Part shown: positions 50,975 to 61,230 of the stretch, piece after piece | Position numbering within the stretch: the first letter of the stretch is position 1 | How the letters are laid out: every line of letters starts with the position of its first letter | From: Anoxybacillus sp. | Lineage (GTDB): Bacteria > Bacillota > Bacilli > Bacillales > Anoxybacillaceae | Length of the DNA: 64,000 nucleotides | Direction of reading: 5' to 3' | Assembly (NCBI GenBank): GCA_035645275.1 | Contig: DASQMX010000005.1 | Location: 33,332 to 97,331, forward strand | The notes under the pieces: generated by a model | Seen by the model: the letters and a program-made list of their open reading frames with translations, nothing else | Database searches by the model: none | What the model was told of the DNA's origin: nothing | Made by a program: the position numbers and the translations under genes

Positions 50975-51075
50975 GACTCCTTTTACTAACAACCACTATA
51001 TTCCACAAGATCATTCATGGATATGCTTGGTAGCTTTTTTGAATGAAATAACTCTTGTGCTTTATCCAGCATGAA
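50975..51075 (-). pseudogene. TetR-family HTH remnant
   Basis: MLDKAQELFHSK..SMNDLVEYSG-VSK with frameshifts and a stop, resembling the TetR N-terminus. Confidence 0.45.
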
Positions 51076-51180
51076 TTTTTAACATGCTCTATCGTCTTTC
51101 TCTATAAAAACGACCGTTCAGTTTAACATTCGAGGCCAGAGCCCCAATAAAAAAAGGTCTCAATTGTTGAGACCTTTTCT

Positions 51181-52515
51181 TTACACCGCTTTATTCGCTT
51201 CAAAGTTCGTCTTCACTTCTTTTGGTGTTTTTAATTTTGGAAAATCAAATACAATCGCGATCATAGCACAAACTCCAATTAAGATTGGATAGAACGAATA
51301 CTGCAAAATACTTAATGGTGAAATGGAAGCAACACCGGCTGCCACAAGTATTTGTGCCCCATATGGGATAAGCCCTTGAAAACAGCATGAGAAAATATCT
51401 AGTAAACTAGCAGATTTACGTGGATCAATGTCATATTGATCGGCAATATTTTTCGCAAGCGGACCCGCAATTAAAATGGAAATTGTATTGTTTGCTGTTG
51501 AAAGATTAGTTAAGCTCACTAATCCTGCAATACCGAATTGTGCTCCTCTTTTCGACTTTACATTTCTTGTTACTAATTGAAGTAAATAATCAATTCCACC
51601 GTTATGTTTAATAACTTCAACCATACCAGAAATTAAGATCGCAAGTATCGACAACTCCTGCATTCCAGCGATCCCATCACCGATGGCTTTAATGAGACCC
51701 ATCGCACTATAACTTCCATCTAGAAGGCCGATTATTCCTGCCAATAAAATACCGCCTGCTAATACGGCTAATACATTGACACCCATTAATGCTGATACTA
51801 ATACACCAAGGTAAGGTAAAATTTTTACCCAATTAAAAGATTGATTTGTAATTTCTCCTTGCTCTCCAGCAGTGATAACCCCGAAAAGAACAGCTGTAAT
51901 GATCGCTGCAGGTAAAACAATCAAAAAGTTCACCTTAAACTTATCTTTCATTTTCGTATTTTGTGTTCGTACAGCCGCAATCGTTGTATCAGAGATAAAG
52001 GATAAGTTATCTCCAAACATAGCGCCACCAATGACAGCTGCCATCGATAAGGCCAAAGAAATATCCGTTTGTTCACTAATTCCGACTCCAATCGGTGCTA
52101 ACGCTACAATCGTTCCCATGGAAGTTCCCATTGAAATCGAAATAAAACATGCAATGACAAAAATACCGACGATTAATAAATTTTGCGGAATAACGGAAAG
52201 TGCTAAGTTGACTGTTGATTCAACAGCCCCCATTCCTTTAGTTACTTCCGAAAATGCCCCTGCTAATAAGAAAATGATAACCATTAACATGACATTCGGA
52301 TCTCCGGCCCCTTTTGTGAATACTTCAACCTTGTTCGTTAAAGACTCTTTTCGATTCATTATCAACGAAATACTTGCCGCAATCAAAATCGCTACAATGA
52401 CTGGAAACTTATAAAAATCTCCCGTAACCACTCCGGCACCAATGAACAACACTAAAAAGACGGCAAACGGGAATAACGCAAAGAGATTTCCTTTTTTCAA
52501 TTCCACTCTTTCCAC
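51181..52515 (-). CDS. NhaC-family transporter, probably methionine uptake (MetT-like)
   Basis: SMGTSMGT, GGAMFGDNLSFISDTTIAA, TANNT; preceded by a SAM riboswitch; start may be GTG 52506. Confidence 0.85.
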   Translation of the reverse strand: MERVELKKGNLFALFPFAVFLVLFIGAGVVTGDFYKFPVIVAILIAASISLIMNRKESLTNKVEVFTKGAGDPNVMLMVIIFLLAGAFSEVTKGMGAVESTVNLALSVIPQNLLIVGIFVIACFISISMGTSMGTIVALAPIGVGISEQTDISLALSMAAVIGGAMFGDNLSFISDTTIAAVRTQNTKMKDKFKVNFLIVLPAAIITAVLFGVITAGEQGEITNQSFNWVKILPYLGVLVSALMGVNVLAVLAGGILLAGIIGLLDGSYSAMGLIKAIGDGIAGMQELSILAILISGMVEVIKHNGGIDYLLQLVTRNVKSKRGAQFGIAGLVSLTNLSTANNTISILIAGPLAKNIADQYDIDPRKSASLLDIFSCCFQGLIPYGAQILVAAGVASISPLSILQYSFYPILIGVCAMIAIVFDFPKLKTPKEVKTNFEANKAV

Positions 52516-52561
52516 CTCATTCTATATATTTATATTTTTCGAAGGGCCTTTTCACATAGAG

Positions 52562-52597
52562 AAAAAGCCTCTTCTTATCTGAGCATAAGAAGAGGCC
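52562..52597 (-). terminator. riboswitch-controlled terminator
   Basis: GGCCTCTTCTTATGCTCAGATAAGAAGAGGCTTTTT on minus; its arm can pair with the P1 strand. Confidence 0.8.
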
Positions 52598-52621
52598 TTA
52601 TACGTATCTATATAAGAAACC

Positions 52622-52729
52622 CTTCTTATCTTTCAAGCATGATGCTTGCTGGATTTGGCACAGCACTCGAAACCGAGTCCGCTGCCGAGACTTCTTAGGG
52701 CCAGTCCCTCCGCCTCTCTCGATAAGAAG
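52622..52729 (-). ncRNA. SAM-I (S-box) riboswitch
   Basis: CTTATCGAGAGAGGCGGAGGGACTGGCCCTAAGAAGTCTCGGCAGC...GTGCCAAATCCAGCAAG...GAAAGATAAG; sigmaA TTGCGT-N17-TAATCT upstream. Confidence 0.95.
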
Positions 52730-53082
52730 ATGAACGATTGTATTCTATTGTAAAACAAATAAAAGATTACAACATATTCATCTGTTACGCAATATAACTT
52801 AATAATGTCTAATTTTTAAAAATATTCGATAAATACCGCTTGATACCATTTTAGTAATGATACAAACATTTCCCTAGCAACTTTGCTTTTGGATCTTCTT
52901 TTACTCCGTCTTTCATTACACCTACCATAGATTTGATCTTTGGTGTCATCTTTTCTTAATAACTGCCATATTCATTGCTCTGCTGAAGAATCAATAAATT
53001 TACGTATAATATGAATCAATTTTCATCATTCCTCAAAAACTGTGTTTTTCTAGGGATTATCAAGTTTTTATAATTACAAAAA

Positions 53083-53138
53083 TTTACAATTTATAAACTA
53101 AAAATTTATAATACTCAAACAATATTGTGGTCTAATAT
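53083..53138 (+). promoter_or_regulatory. PhoP-box-like repeats upstream of the nuclease
   Basis: TTTACA, TAAACT, TTTATA, CAAACA at 53083/94/105/116 (11-nt period), then TAATAT. Confidence 0.4.
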
Positions 53139-53171
53139 AAAGTAGATTTTATGATTAAAGGAGGAATTGTA

Positions 53172-54245
53172 ATGAAGAAACAATTTTTTTCTCTAGCTTT
53201 ACCCTTCGTTGTTACTCTTATTCCGTTTTGGGGGCTTTTCCCGCACACTTCATCTGCCGCTACTTACACGGCTACTATTGATCGGGTAGTAGATGGCGAC
53301 ACGGTTTATCTCAAAGAAACCATCCAAGGGACGAACAAGGTAAGAATGCTTTCCATCGATACTCCTGAAACTAACTATCAAGGACAAGCTCAAGAACCTT
53401 GGGGAACAGCGGCAAAGAACTATCTTAATCAACTCCTTCCATCCGGAACCCGTGTAACAATCGAGACAGATGTAGAGGAAACAGATGCTTATGGCCGTTT
53501 ACTCGCTCATATCTATAAAGGCTCATTAGATATCAATAAAGAAATGGTTCGTCAAGGACATGCCGTGACTTACTACATCTGGCCAAATATGCTTCATTTC
53601 GAAGAATATCAGCAAGCTTATCTTGAAGCAAAACAGAACGGTCTGGGAATGTGGAATCCATCCAATCCTATTCCGGAACTTCCTTTTGAGTTTCGTGACC
53701 GCATCTCAGGACAATCTCAAGATAAGTATGTAGGGGATTTCTTCACCCATAAGTATGTTCTACCGAACGACTATACACAAATCCCGATTGAAAAGCGTGT
53801 GTTTTTCTTTACGGAATCGGATGCTCTTTCTGCCGGATATACAAAAGAAGGTTCTACAGTCTCTAGTGATCTTGTGATTAATGAGGTGCTCCCTGCATCT
53901 GGAACGATCTATCCGAAAGAGTTTGTAGAAATCTATAACCCAACAGATTCTCCCGTTGATTTATCTGGTTATATTATTGATGATATTGTCAATGGTGGGT
54001 CTTCTCCTTATACCATTCCAAATGGAACGACCATCCCTGCAAAAGGATACTTTGTATGGGAAACTACTGCATATTACAATAATTCTGGAGACGATGTGAC
54101 TTTAAAATCCCCAGATGGAACCGTTATTGATCAATATCACTACTCTTCTTCCGTTGCAGATAAGTCTTGGGTACGAATGCCAGACGGAGGAAGCTGGTCT
54201 GCTACGATGGATTCAACACCGACCAAAGGAACTTCTAACGACTAA
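53172..54245 (+). CDS. secreted thermonuclease (SNase) with lamin-tail domain
   Basis: Signal peptide; RVVDGDT, VRMLSIDTPE, DAYGRLLA; C-terminal VINEV..EFVEIYN..DLSGY LTD. Confidence 0.88.
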   Translation: MKKQFFSLALPFVVTLIPFWGLFPHTSSAATYTATIDRVVDGDTVYLKETIQGTNKVRMLSIDTPETNYQGQAQEPWGTAAKNYLNQLLPSGTRVTIETDVEETDAYGRLLAHIYKGSLDINKEMVRQGHAVTYYIWPNMLHFEEYQQAYLEAKQNGLGMWNPSNPIPELPFEFRDRISGQSQDKYVGDFFTHKYVLPNDYTQIPIEKRVFFFTESDALSAGYTKEGSTVSSDLVINEVLPASGTIYPKEFVEIYNPTDSPVDLSGYIIDDIVNGGSSPYTIPNGTTIPAKGYFVWETTAYYNNSGDDVTLKSPDGTVIDQYHYSSSVADKSWVRMPDGGSWSATMDSTPTKGTSND

Positions 54246-54632
54246 TTAGAAAATAAGCTTAACTTACAGCAACAGTAAGCGACCTTGATCATCCTAATTT
54301 GAATGACAAGGTCGCCTTCACTATTTCTTCATTTATTTATTTTTAACCCTCTTAATTAGCTTTATTTGTAGATGGATTTATTTTATTATTTTATCTTCCA
54401 ACTGAATCTAGAACATCATAATAAAATTGGTTGAACAAATAAGTAAGGTACCATTTTTAGTTCAAATCGACGATCAGACAACACCATTTTATTTCCTCTA
54501 CACATTCTCCCCTTTTATTTAACTTCCTTATCCCTATGATTTCCAAGCTATCAATCTCTATGAGTTTGACGACACGCTCTTGACAAACAGAAGGACATTA
54601 TTATATTCTAAAAACATCTTTTATACTTAACT

Positions 54633-54668
54633 ACATAAAAGCATAAAAGCATAAAAGCGTAAAAGCGT
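54633..54668 (+). repeat. 8-nt tandem repeat (GCATAAAA)x~4.5 in the permease leader
   Basis: ACATAAAA GCATAAAA GCATAAAA GCGTAAAA GCG just downstream of a TTGACA...TATATT promoter (54580-54607). Confidence 0.8.
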
Positions 54669-54830
54669 TTAAGTGAAAAAGTTTAGAAAGGAAATTTATG
54701 AAAATAAAAAAGCCGCTTTCATCTTAACAGCCTTTGGTCATTATCTTACCTATTTTTCTAAAATTTTATAACACTATCATTATTTGTAACAAACCATCAT
54801 TTAATATTTTGACAGAAGGGCAGGAGCAAC

Positions 54831-56222
54831 ATGGAAAAAAATCATCAAGATTTAAAGAAAGGGTTATTACCTAGGCACGTCCAATTTATTGCTCTAGCAG
54901 GCATGATTGGAACGGGTATTTTTAAAGGAAGTTCAGATACGTTAAATATAGCGGGGCCAAGTGTCGTTTTTGCTTACTTATTAGGAGGCCTATTATTATT
55001 TATTGTGATGACGGCATTGGCTGAGATGGCCATTGTTTATCCCCACTTAAACGTTCAGCATCTTGTATATAAAGCTTTTGGCTTTCATATATCCTTTATC
55101 GTAGGATGGCTTTATTGGATCAATTGGATTATTGTCACCATTGTCGAAATTTTAGCAGCAGGAAGCTTTCTAAAATATTGGTTTTCATCGGTACCGTTAT
55201 GGCTTTTAAGTTTCCTTTGTACCGTCTTGATTGTCGGAATTAACTTGTTTCAAGTGAAGTACTATGGGGAGATTGAGTTTTGGTTCGCGGGAATTAAAAT
55301 TATCGCATTAACCGCTTTTATTATTCTAGGTTTTTGTATTTTATCAGGAATCATTCCAAGCAATATTAATGATCCTTTGTCTAACTACACGGAACATGGC
55401 GGGTTCTTTCCTCATGGGATTGGAGGAATGTTAAGTGCCTTTTTAGTCGTCATGTTTTCCTATGGCGGGGCAGAGTTAATTGGTGTCGCTGTTACTGAAA
55501 CAAAAGATGCCGAGAAGGTATTGCCAAAAGTCATTAAAGGCACCATGTGGAGAGTTATTCTCTTTTATATTCTTCCTATTCTTATTATTTGCGGTTTAAT
55601 GCCGTGGAATAAAGTTACGGGGGAAGAAAGTCCATTTGTTCAGGTATTCAGTATCACAGGGCTACCTGGAGCCGCTCATATCATGAATTTTGTTCTTATA
55701 ACAGCCGTTTTGTCAGCGGCAAACTCTGGGATATACGCAACTTCGAGAACGTTATATTCAATGGCTCAAAGCGGTGAGGCTCCAAAAAGGTTTTTAAAGA
55801 TTTCTAAACAAGGAATACCTATAAACTGTATTATAATAACCGCAATATGTATATTGTTTGGGGTATTTTTAGCTTATATGACTCCAGATCAAGTCATCAG
55901 CTATTTAATGACCATACCTGGTTTTACGATTCTTTTATTATGGATGAGCATTTGTTTAGCTCAACTAAGGCTCCGTTCCCATTATAAGGAGAAACCTTTC
56001 TTCCAGGTAAAATGGTTCCCATATACAACTATTTTGGCAATCGTATCTTTATTGATAATCTTCATCTCTTTTATATTTAATAAAAATAATATCATCGGTT
56101 CTACCGTTTGCCTTGTCATATTAGTGCTACTTACCGCATTTTCTTTTATAAATAAAAACGAAAGAGAAAAAAACGGTGAATATAACCAGGAAGAAAAAAA
56201 GAGTCTCGTGCAAAATCTCTGA
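54831..56222 (+). CDS. APC family amino acid permease
   Basis: RHVQFIALAGMIGTGIF, YGEIEFWFAGIK, FSYGGAEL, SAANSGIY. Confidence 0.92.
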   Translation: MEKNHQDLKKGLLPRHVQFIALAGMIGTGIFKGSSDTLNIAGPSVVFAYLLGGLLLFIVMTALAEMAIVYPHLNVQHLVYKAFGFHISFIVGWLYWINWIIVTIVEILAAGSFLKYWFSSVPLWLLSFLCTVLIVGINLFQVKYYGEIEFWFAGIKIIALTAFIILGFCILSGIIPSNINDPLSNYTEHGGFFPHGIGGMLSAFLVVMFSYGGAELIGVAVTETKDAEKVLPKVIKGTMWRVILFYILPILIICGLMPWNKVTGEESPFVQVFSITGLPGAAHIMNFVLITAVLSAANSGIYATSRTLYSMAQSGEAPKRFLKISKQGIPINCIIITAICILFGVFLAYMTPDQVISYLMTIPGFTILLLWMSICLAQLRLRSHYKEKPFFQVKWFPYTTILAIVSLLIIFISFIFNKNNIIGSTVCLVILVLLTAFSFINKNEREKNGEYNQEEKKSLVQNL

Positions 56223-56292
56223 AATTTGGACATTGGCAAACGTCGGTTGTATCTCTAGAAAACGGCACCATTCCCAGTTTGGTGATATCTTG

Positions 56293-56326
56293 AAAACCTC
56301 GGATTCAATAGAATCCGAGGTTTTTT
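56293..56326. terminator. bidirectional terminator
   Basis: AAAACCTCGGATTC-AATA-GAATCCGAGGTTTTT. Confidence 0.7.
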
Positions 56327-56452
56327 AATTGCAGATTCGTTATCTTTGTAGTTCAGGATACTGCCAAATTCCAGAAGCTCTATCACGGTAGATCACAAGC
56401 GTTTCAGCTTTAGATACTTTATGTGCTTTCTCTATAGATGGATCACACTGAT

Positions 56453-57865
56453 TTATAAAATCTTACGAATTTGAAAATTATCTTCAAGTAATAGCCAATT
56501 TTGTGGGTATGGGTAACCAAGGACCCAATAGCTAATTCCGCGTAGACCGTAATCTTTCACCGTATCAAATTTGGCCTGGGCGCTGCGTGCATCTTCAAAC
56601 CAGACTTCATGCGTACGACCTTGACTATCGACATACCGGTAAAACGGCGATTCCGCTGTCCGATCATATTGAATAGTCGCCCCATAGCGAATCGCGCGTT
56701 CAACCGCTTCCTGCGGACTAAATGTTTCAGCCTCTTGTCCCTGTACATGCGGAAGGAGCCAGTCGCGGGCGTACACTTGGAAACCCATAAAAATTTTGCT
56801 TCTCGGTATGACCGTTACAGCGTAATCAAGAACGCGTCTGATTTGATTAAGCGGCGAAATCGCCTGAGGAGGTCCTAATCTATATCCCCATTCATACGTC
56901 ATTAAAATCACGAAGTCGACAATTCTTCCATGTGCAGGATAATCATGTGCTTCATATAAAAGCCCTTTTTGTTCGCCACTGAATTTTGGGGCAACAGATG
57001 TTGATACAAAATATCCTGCCGGATGAAGCCTGTCAACGGCACGCTGCAGAAATTGATTATACAACTCGCGATCAGCCGGATAGACGTTTTCAAAATCAAT
57101 GTTTAACCCTCGATATCCTTTTTCTTTCATTGTATTGACAACATTGGTTAACAATCGATCTTGGAGATTAGCACTTGAAAGGACTGTTCGTGCTAACCGT
57201 GATCCGGGATCTTTGTACGTAAAATTGGTGATACACATCATTGGAACAACTTTCTCTGCTATGGCAGCTTGAATGATCGCGTTGTCATTAATCGATTCTA
57301 GTCCACCATCTTCCCTTATAATGTAGGCAAAAGGGGACGCGTAAGTTAAATGCCGGCCTACTTCCCGGACTAGACGAGCCCCTTCTTCCCCCATATCGAT
57401 TGTAAAGGCGTTTACCTCAATGGCTGGTTTGTAAAAAGGGATCGTTAAAATCGTTCCAGGATAAATGAGATTCGGATTTGTAATTTGATTTGCTCGAATG
57501 ATTTCTTGAACCGTGGTGCCATAGCGCTGAGCAATTTGCCATAACGTTTCCCCACGTTGAACCGTATGGGTTCTTGCAGGAATCACTAAAACGGTTCCAG
57601 GATAAATCAGGGAAGGGTCACTGATTCGATTTGCCTGAACGATAGCTTCAACCGATGTTCCATACCGCCTGGCGATCATCGATAATGTCTCTCCTGAACG
57701 GACAGTATGATATTTGAAAGGGGTTGGAATGACTAGCGCTTGGCCAACGACCAAACGATTGGGATCTGTCAACTGGTTTGCAGTTACAATCTGATTAATG
57801 GTAACGCCGTAACGCTGTGCAATCAACCATAAGTTTTCCCCTCTTTGAACCACATGGATTTGCAT
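56453..57865 (-). CDS. spore cortex LysM x3 + GH18 N-acetylglucosaminidase (SleL/YaaH/YdhD family)
   Basis: Three LysM repeats, LNIDFE, LMTYEWG, VWFEDARS, GISYW. Confidence 0.9.
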   Translation of the reverse strand: MQIHVVQRGENLWLIAQRYGVTINQIVTANQLTDPNRLVVGQALVIPTPFKYHTVRSGETLSMIARRYGTSVEAIVQANRISDPSLIYPGTVLVIPARTHTVQRGETLWQIAQRYGTTVQEIIRANQITNPNLIYPGTILTIPFYKPAIEVNAFTIDMGEEGARLVREVGRHLTYASPFAYIIREDGGLESINDNAIIQAAIAEKVVPMMCITNFTYKDPGSRLARTVLSSANLQDRLLTNVVNTMKEKGYRGLNIDFENVYPADRELYNQFLQRAVDRLHPAGYFVSTSVAPKFSGEQKGLLYEAHDYPAHGRIVDFVILMTYEWGYRLGPPQAISPLNQIRRVLDYAVTVIPRSKIFMGFQVYARDWLLPHVQGQEAETFSPQEAVERAIRYGATIQYDRTAESPFYRYVDSQGRTHEVWFEDARSAQAKFDTVKDYGLRGISYWVLGYPYPQNWLLLEDNFQIRKIL

Positions 57866-58151
57866 CCGCATCTCTCCCTAACAAATCATTTGATCTATAT
57901 CTACTATATTCCTTTCATGTGCTTTTATTAGTAACAAAACCCAACACAACGTCTAACGAAATTCAAACATAAATGATGTCCAGCAAAGATAATGAAGAAT
58001 GTTCAATTTGCAAGGGAATTGTTATCGATGAAGGCAAAAGAACTTCAAGAGAAAAGAAAAAACAGAAGGACAAATAGAGACGTCCTTCTGAGCGATTTTT
58101 TGGAAAAATGAATCGGCCTTGTCAATTCGTTTTGTATCTATTCATAACAGA

Positions 58152-58183
58152 TTTATTTTGTGACGCTTTTATTTTGTGACGCT
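58152..58183. repeat. perfect 16-nt tandem duplication
   Basis: TTTATTTTGTGACGCT x2. Confidence 0.85.
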
Positions 58184-58251
58184 TCCGCCCAATAACGTAA
58201 AAAGAGCTGATACTTACTCGCACCAGCTCCTTTTTGCGTGAAATGATTTCA

Positions 58252-59583
58252 TTATTCCGCCTTTGTTTTGGCTTCAATGATTAAGCTATTTTCACTTTCG
58301 TTTCCAAATGCGTCTAGTGCCGTAACCTCGATTACATATGTTGTACCAGGTTTTAAGCCTAAAACTGGCAGTGTTAACAGATTGGGTACGGGATCATTAT
58401 AAAATTCGGAGAAAGCCTTATATTCTTTCACCGTTTCACCCGTTTCTTTTTCCTTAGCGGTTACTTTATAAGAATGGAGCAGTAAATTGTCGACAGCTTG
58501 CGTAAACATAATTTCAAGACTCCTTGCTGTTGTCTTTTCCTCTACTACTGAAATACTTGCATCCTTCGGAAAAAAAGGTTTGATTGAATCTTTTGTTTCT
58601 GTATAGTCAAATTGATTAGCCTTCACTGGTAATTGGATCTGCCACGGTTTGCCTGTCCAATCGTTTTTGTGGAAATCGCGGCGCTTGATAACGACTTTGT
58701 TTTTATAAACCTCGACGATGAGGCCCTGACTGATGTTTTGGTGGCCGGGAGGAAGTTCTCCTTGAAGATAGCCAGCCCCTGTCCATATATAACTTACAGA
58801 AGAAGTTCCAACTGACGAGAAATCTTTTTGATGGATGGTTCTGGGGTCATCTAACGGGTAATGTGTATGGCCGGAAAAATGAATCACTTGCGGATATTCT
58901 TTTAACGTATTGTAAAGAAGCTCTCTGTTTATTTCAGTACTCCACTCACTGCCAAACACGGTATTTTTGATTGGGTGATGTTGAAAAACAAATATCGGTT
59001 TTTTCGGGTCATCCTTCTCGGCTTGTTCTAACTGCTCACCAAGCCATTGAATTTGTTCTTTGGAATAATAGCCTTCTGTTAATCCATTCTCCGGACCAAG
59101 GATGATGAAATGGTAACCTTTGATGACCTTATGATCATAAATGGATTTCATTCCTGTTTCAGTTAGAAACCTTTTTTGAGCGTCTGCTTCGGATAATCCG
59201 TTCCGGTATTCATGATTTCCGATGGTGAACAGGGAAACAGCTTTGAGTTGTTTTTTCACATCATAAAGAGAAAAGAAACGGTCATATTCTTCCTGTAACC
59301 CGTTGTCCGTTAAATCACCTACGACCACAACAGCATCTTGTTTTGGGGCTTGCTCATTTAACTGCTCTAGCGCATCCTGAAACTTCTGCATATCAATTGT
59401 CCCGCTTTTCTTGATATGTACATCACTAATAACAGGAAACACCAGTTCCGGTTCCTTTCCGTGTCTGCTTTTACCGTTCTTTTCCTCAGCTTGTCCATTC
59501 CACGAGAAATCACCTACAACAAAACTAATTACAACGAGAGCTAACCAGCATCCTTTCAGTTTTCCCAGGAATTTCCTTGCCAT
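58252..59583 (-). CDS. secreted calcineurin-like metallophosphoesterase with C-terminal Fn3-like domain
   Basis: SDVH, GDLTD, GNHE, QHHP, SGHTH motifs; signal peptide; LKPGTTY.IEV.A.D.FGN.S. Confidence 0.85.
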   Translation of the reverse strand: MARKFLGKLKGCWLALVVISFVVGDFSWNGQAEEKNGKSRHGKEPELVFPVISDVHIKKSGTIDMQKFQDALEQLNEQAPKQDAVVVVGDLTDNGLQEEYDRFFSLYDVKKQLKAVSLFTIGNHEYRNGLSEADAQKRFLTETGMKSIYDHKVIKGYHFIILGPENGLTEGYYSKEQIQWLGEQLEQAEKDDPKKPIFVFQHHPIKNTVFGSEWSTEINRELLYNTLKEYPQVIHFSGHTHYPLDDPRTIHQKDFSSVGTSSVSYIWTGAGYLQGELPPGHQNISQGLIVEVYKNKVVIKRRDFHKNDWTGKPWQIQLPVKANQFDYTETKDSIKPFFPKDASISVVEEKTTARSLEIMFTQAVDNLLLHSYKVTAKEKETGETVKEYKAFSEFYNDPVPNLLTLPVLGLKPGTTYVIEVTALDAFGNESENSLIIEAKTKAE

Positions 59584-59976
59584 AAAAAGTCCTCCCGTTG
59601 GCTAGATTCTCCATAATCGTAACGATTGTATTTGAAGAGAATTGGATTTTTTAAATTTGTCATTTTCCCTTAAAACAAGGAAATAGCCCTGCGATAAAAA
59701 ATACCTGTCACTCGCCAAATTTCTTCAATCTATTCGACAGGTTGTGGGTGATGATCATGTGGTATCGGCTGCTTTTCAGTACTTTCTCTTACTTAGTCTA
59801 TAAATTGTTGTTCATTTATTTTACGTAATTTTCGAATATCTAATCGAATAAATATTTCTTTCGTAAATTGCTTGACAAACTTCTATATCCAAGTAGTCCT
59901 TTAACAACAGAAGAACATAGGTGTAAAATTAATAAAATAAACTTTTATCATCAATAATTTGAAGAATTAAAAATTT

Positions 59977-60035
59977 TTTAACATGTTCACCGAGAAGTCT
60001 CCCACCTCTAAACAACGGTAGGTGGGAGAGGCTCA
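59977..60035 (+). mobile_element. PATE-like element, copy 3
   Basis: TTTAACATGTTCACCGAGAAGTCTCCCACCTCTAAACAACGGTAGGTGGGAGAGGCTCA with a TCTCCCACCT/AGGTGGGAGA stem. Confidence 0.65.
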
Positions 60036-60073
60036 TTAAATAATCGAAGAACAGTGAAAAATACCTATCCCTG

Positions 60074-60415
60074 CTACTCCAATTCATTATATTTCTTTTT
60101 CGATCCAAAAGATTTCTCAATTGGGTACTTTTGTTCATTTTTCTTCATTTTATCCATAATGGCTTCCTCTAAATCAATCCCTAATTCATGAGCAAGCAAA
60201 AGGGCATAAATCACTACATCTGCGAGTTCGTCCTTCATATTTTCAAAATTATCTCGAACGGCTTCTTCGCTGCTTTTCCATTGAAAATTTTCTAGCAATT
60301 CTCCTGCTTCTAAACTTAATGAAATCGCTAAATCCTTTAGCGTATGAAACTGTTTCCAATTACGAGCATCACGAAATTCAATGATTTTTTGCTGTAAGTG
60401 TTTCAATGTAGTCAC
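60074..60415 (-). CDS. MazG-like nucleotide pyrophosphohydrolase (dCTPase-like)
   Basis: FRDARNWKQFH..KDLAISLSLEAGELLE.FQW, DELADV, KM.KN..KYP. Confidence 0.88.
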   Translation of the reverse strand: MTTLKHLQQKIIEFRDARNWKQFHTLKDLAISLSLEAGELLENFQWKSSEEAVRDNFENMKDELADVVIYALLLAHELGIDLEEAIMDKMKKNEQKYPIEKSFGSKKKYNELE

Positions 60416-60559
60416 CTCTGAACTTTTATCAAAAATTTAATCGTGTTACAAAATCATCGCAACTTTCACAAGATAGGTGAAATGATCACAAATATGATCT
60501 CCCTCATTTTAACGAACAACAAATAAAAAAATGTAGGGATATGTTGAAAAAAGCACTAA

Positions 60560-60626
60560 AAATATCGTACTGGTAAATCACTTGGATCTCAACATTGATT
60601 CGTTCGTTGCTGTCTGTAAACACGAG
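60560..60626 (-). pseudogene. fragment of an Rpn-family PD-(D/E)XK nuclease/putative transposase
   Basis: LVFTDSNERINVEIQVIYQYD matches the D...INVEIQ core of Rpn proteins; no surrounding ORF. Confidence 0.5.
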
Positions 60627-61230
60627 CACTGCTTTTTCTTGTTTTAAAAACTTTTGAAGGTTTTCTTAATCAATAACAAGATTCGTGTAACTTAGCTCCC
60701 ATTTTTTTAATTCCTCATAATTCCGTTACCTGAAGATTCGACTTGAATTCGAAAACGCGTTTCTTCCTTCTATTGTTACCTCTTATATTTTAGTTGGTTT
60801 CGACAAAAAATCTTGTCGAATCATGTTGCGAAAAAACAAAAAAAACAGAAGCACAAACGGCTTCTATAGTATGCAACATACTATCTACTGATTCAAACTC
60901 GCAACTTAAACTATCTTGATGTTTTATCCCCTTCTCCCTTAGCCTGAATTCAAACCATTGACGTGTTTGTCAAGAGCGATGGCAGCGCCTGTTCATCCAT
61001 AATTCAGTTAGACCGCTGTCTTCAAAATTGAATTTTCATAGAATTTTTGGCACTCCTCTCTGTATTTTAATACCATAAATTTTTTGAAAACGCTTACTAT
61101 TTTAAGTTTAAGAAGATTGTTTCCCCTGATTTTTGGAAATGATACTTTTTGTGAAATATTGCAGTATAAAAAAGAATTCTTTACAGTAGACTGAAACACC
61201 AACTCATATTGAGATGTTACAAAACAACCT

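Noticed and set aside
51872-52414. 180-aa plus-strand ORF, and similar antisense ORFs throughout the track
   Set aside because: Shadow frames of well-supported genes on the opposite strand
54633-54668. CRISPR-like repeats
   Set aside because: 8-nt contiguous units with no spacers
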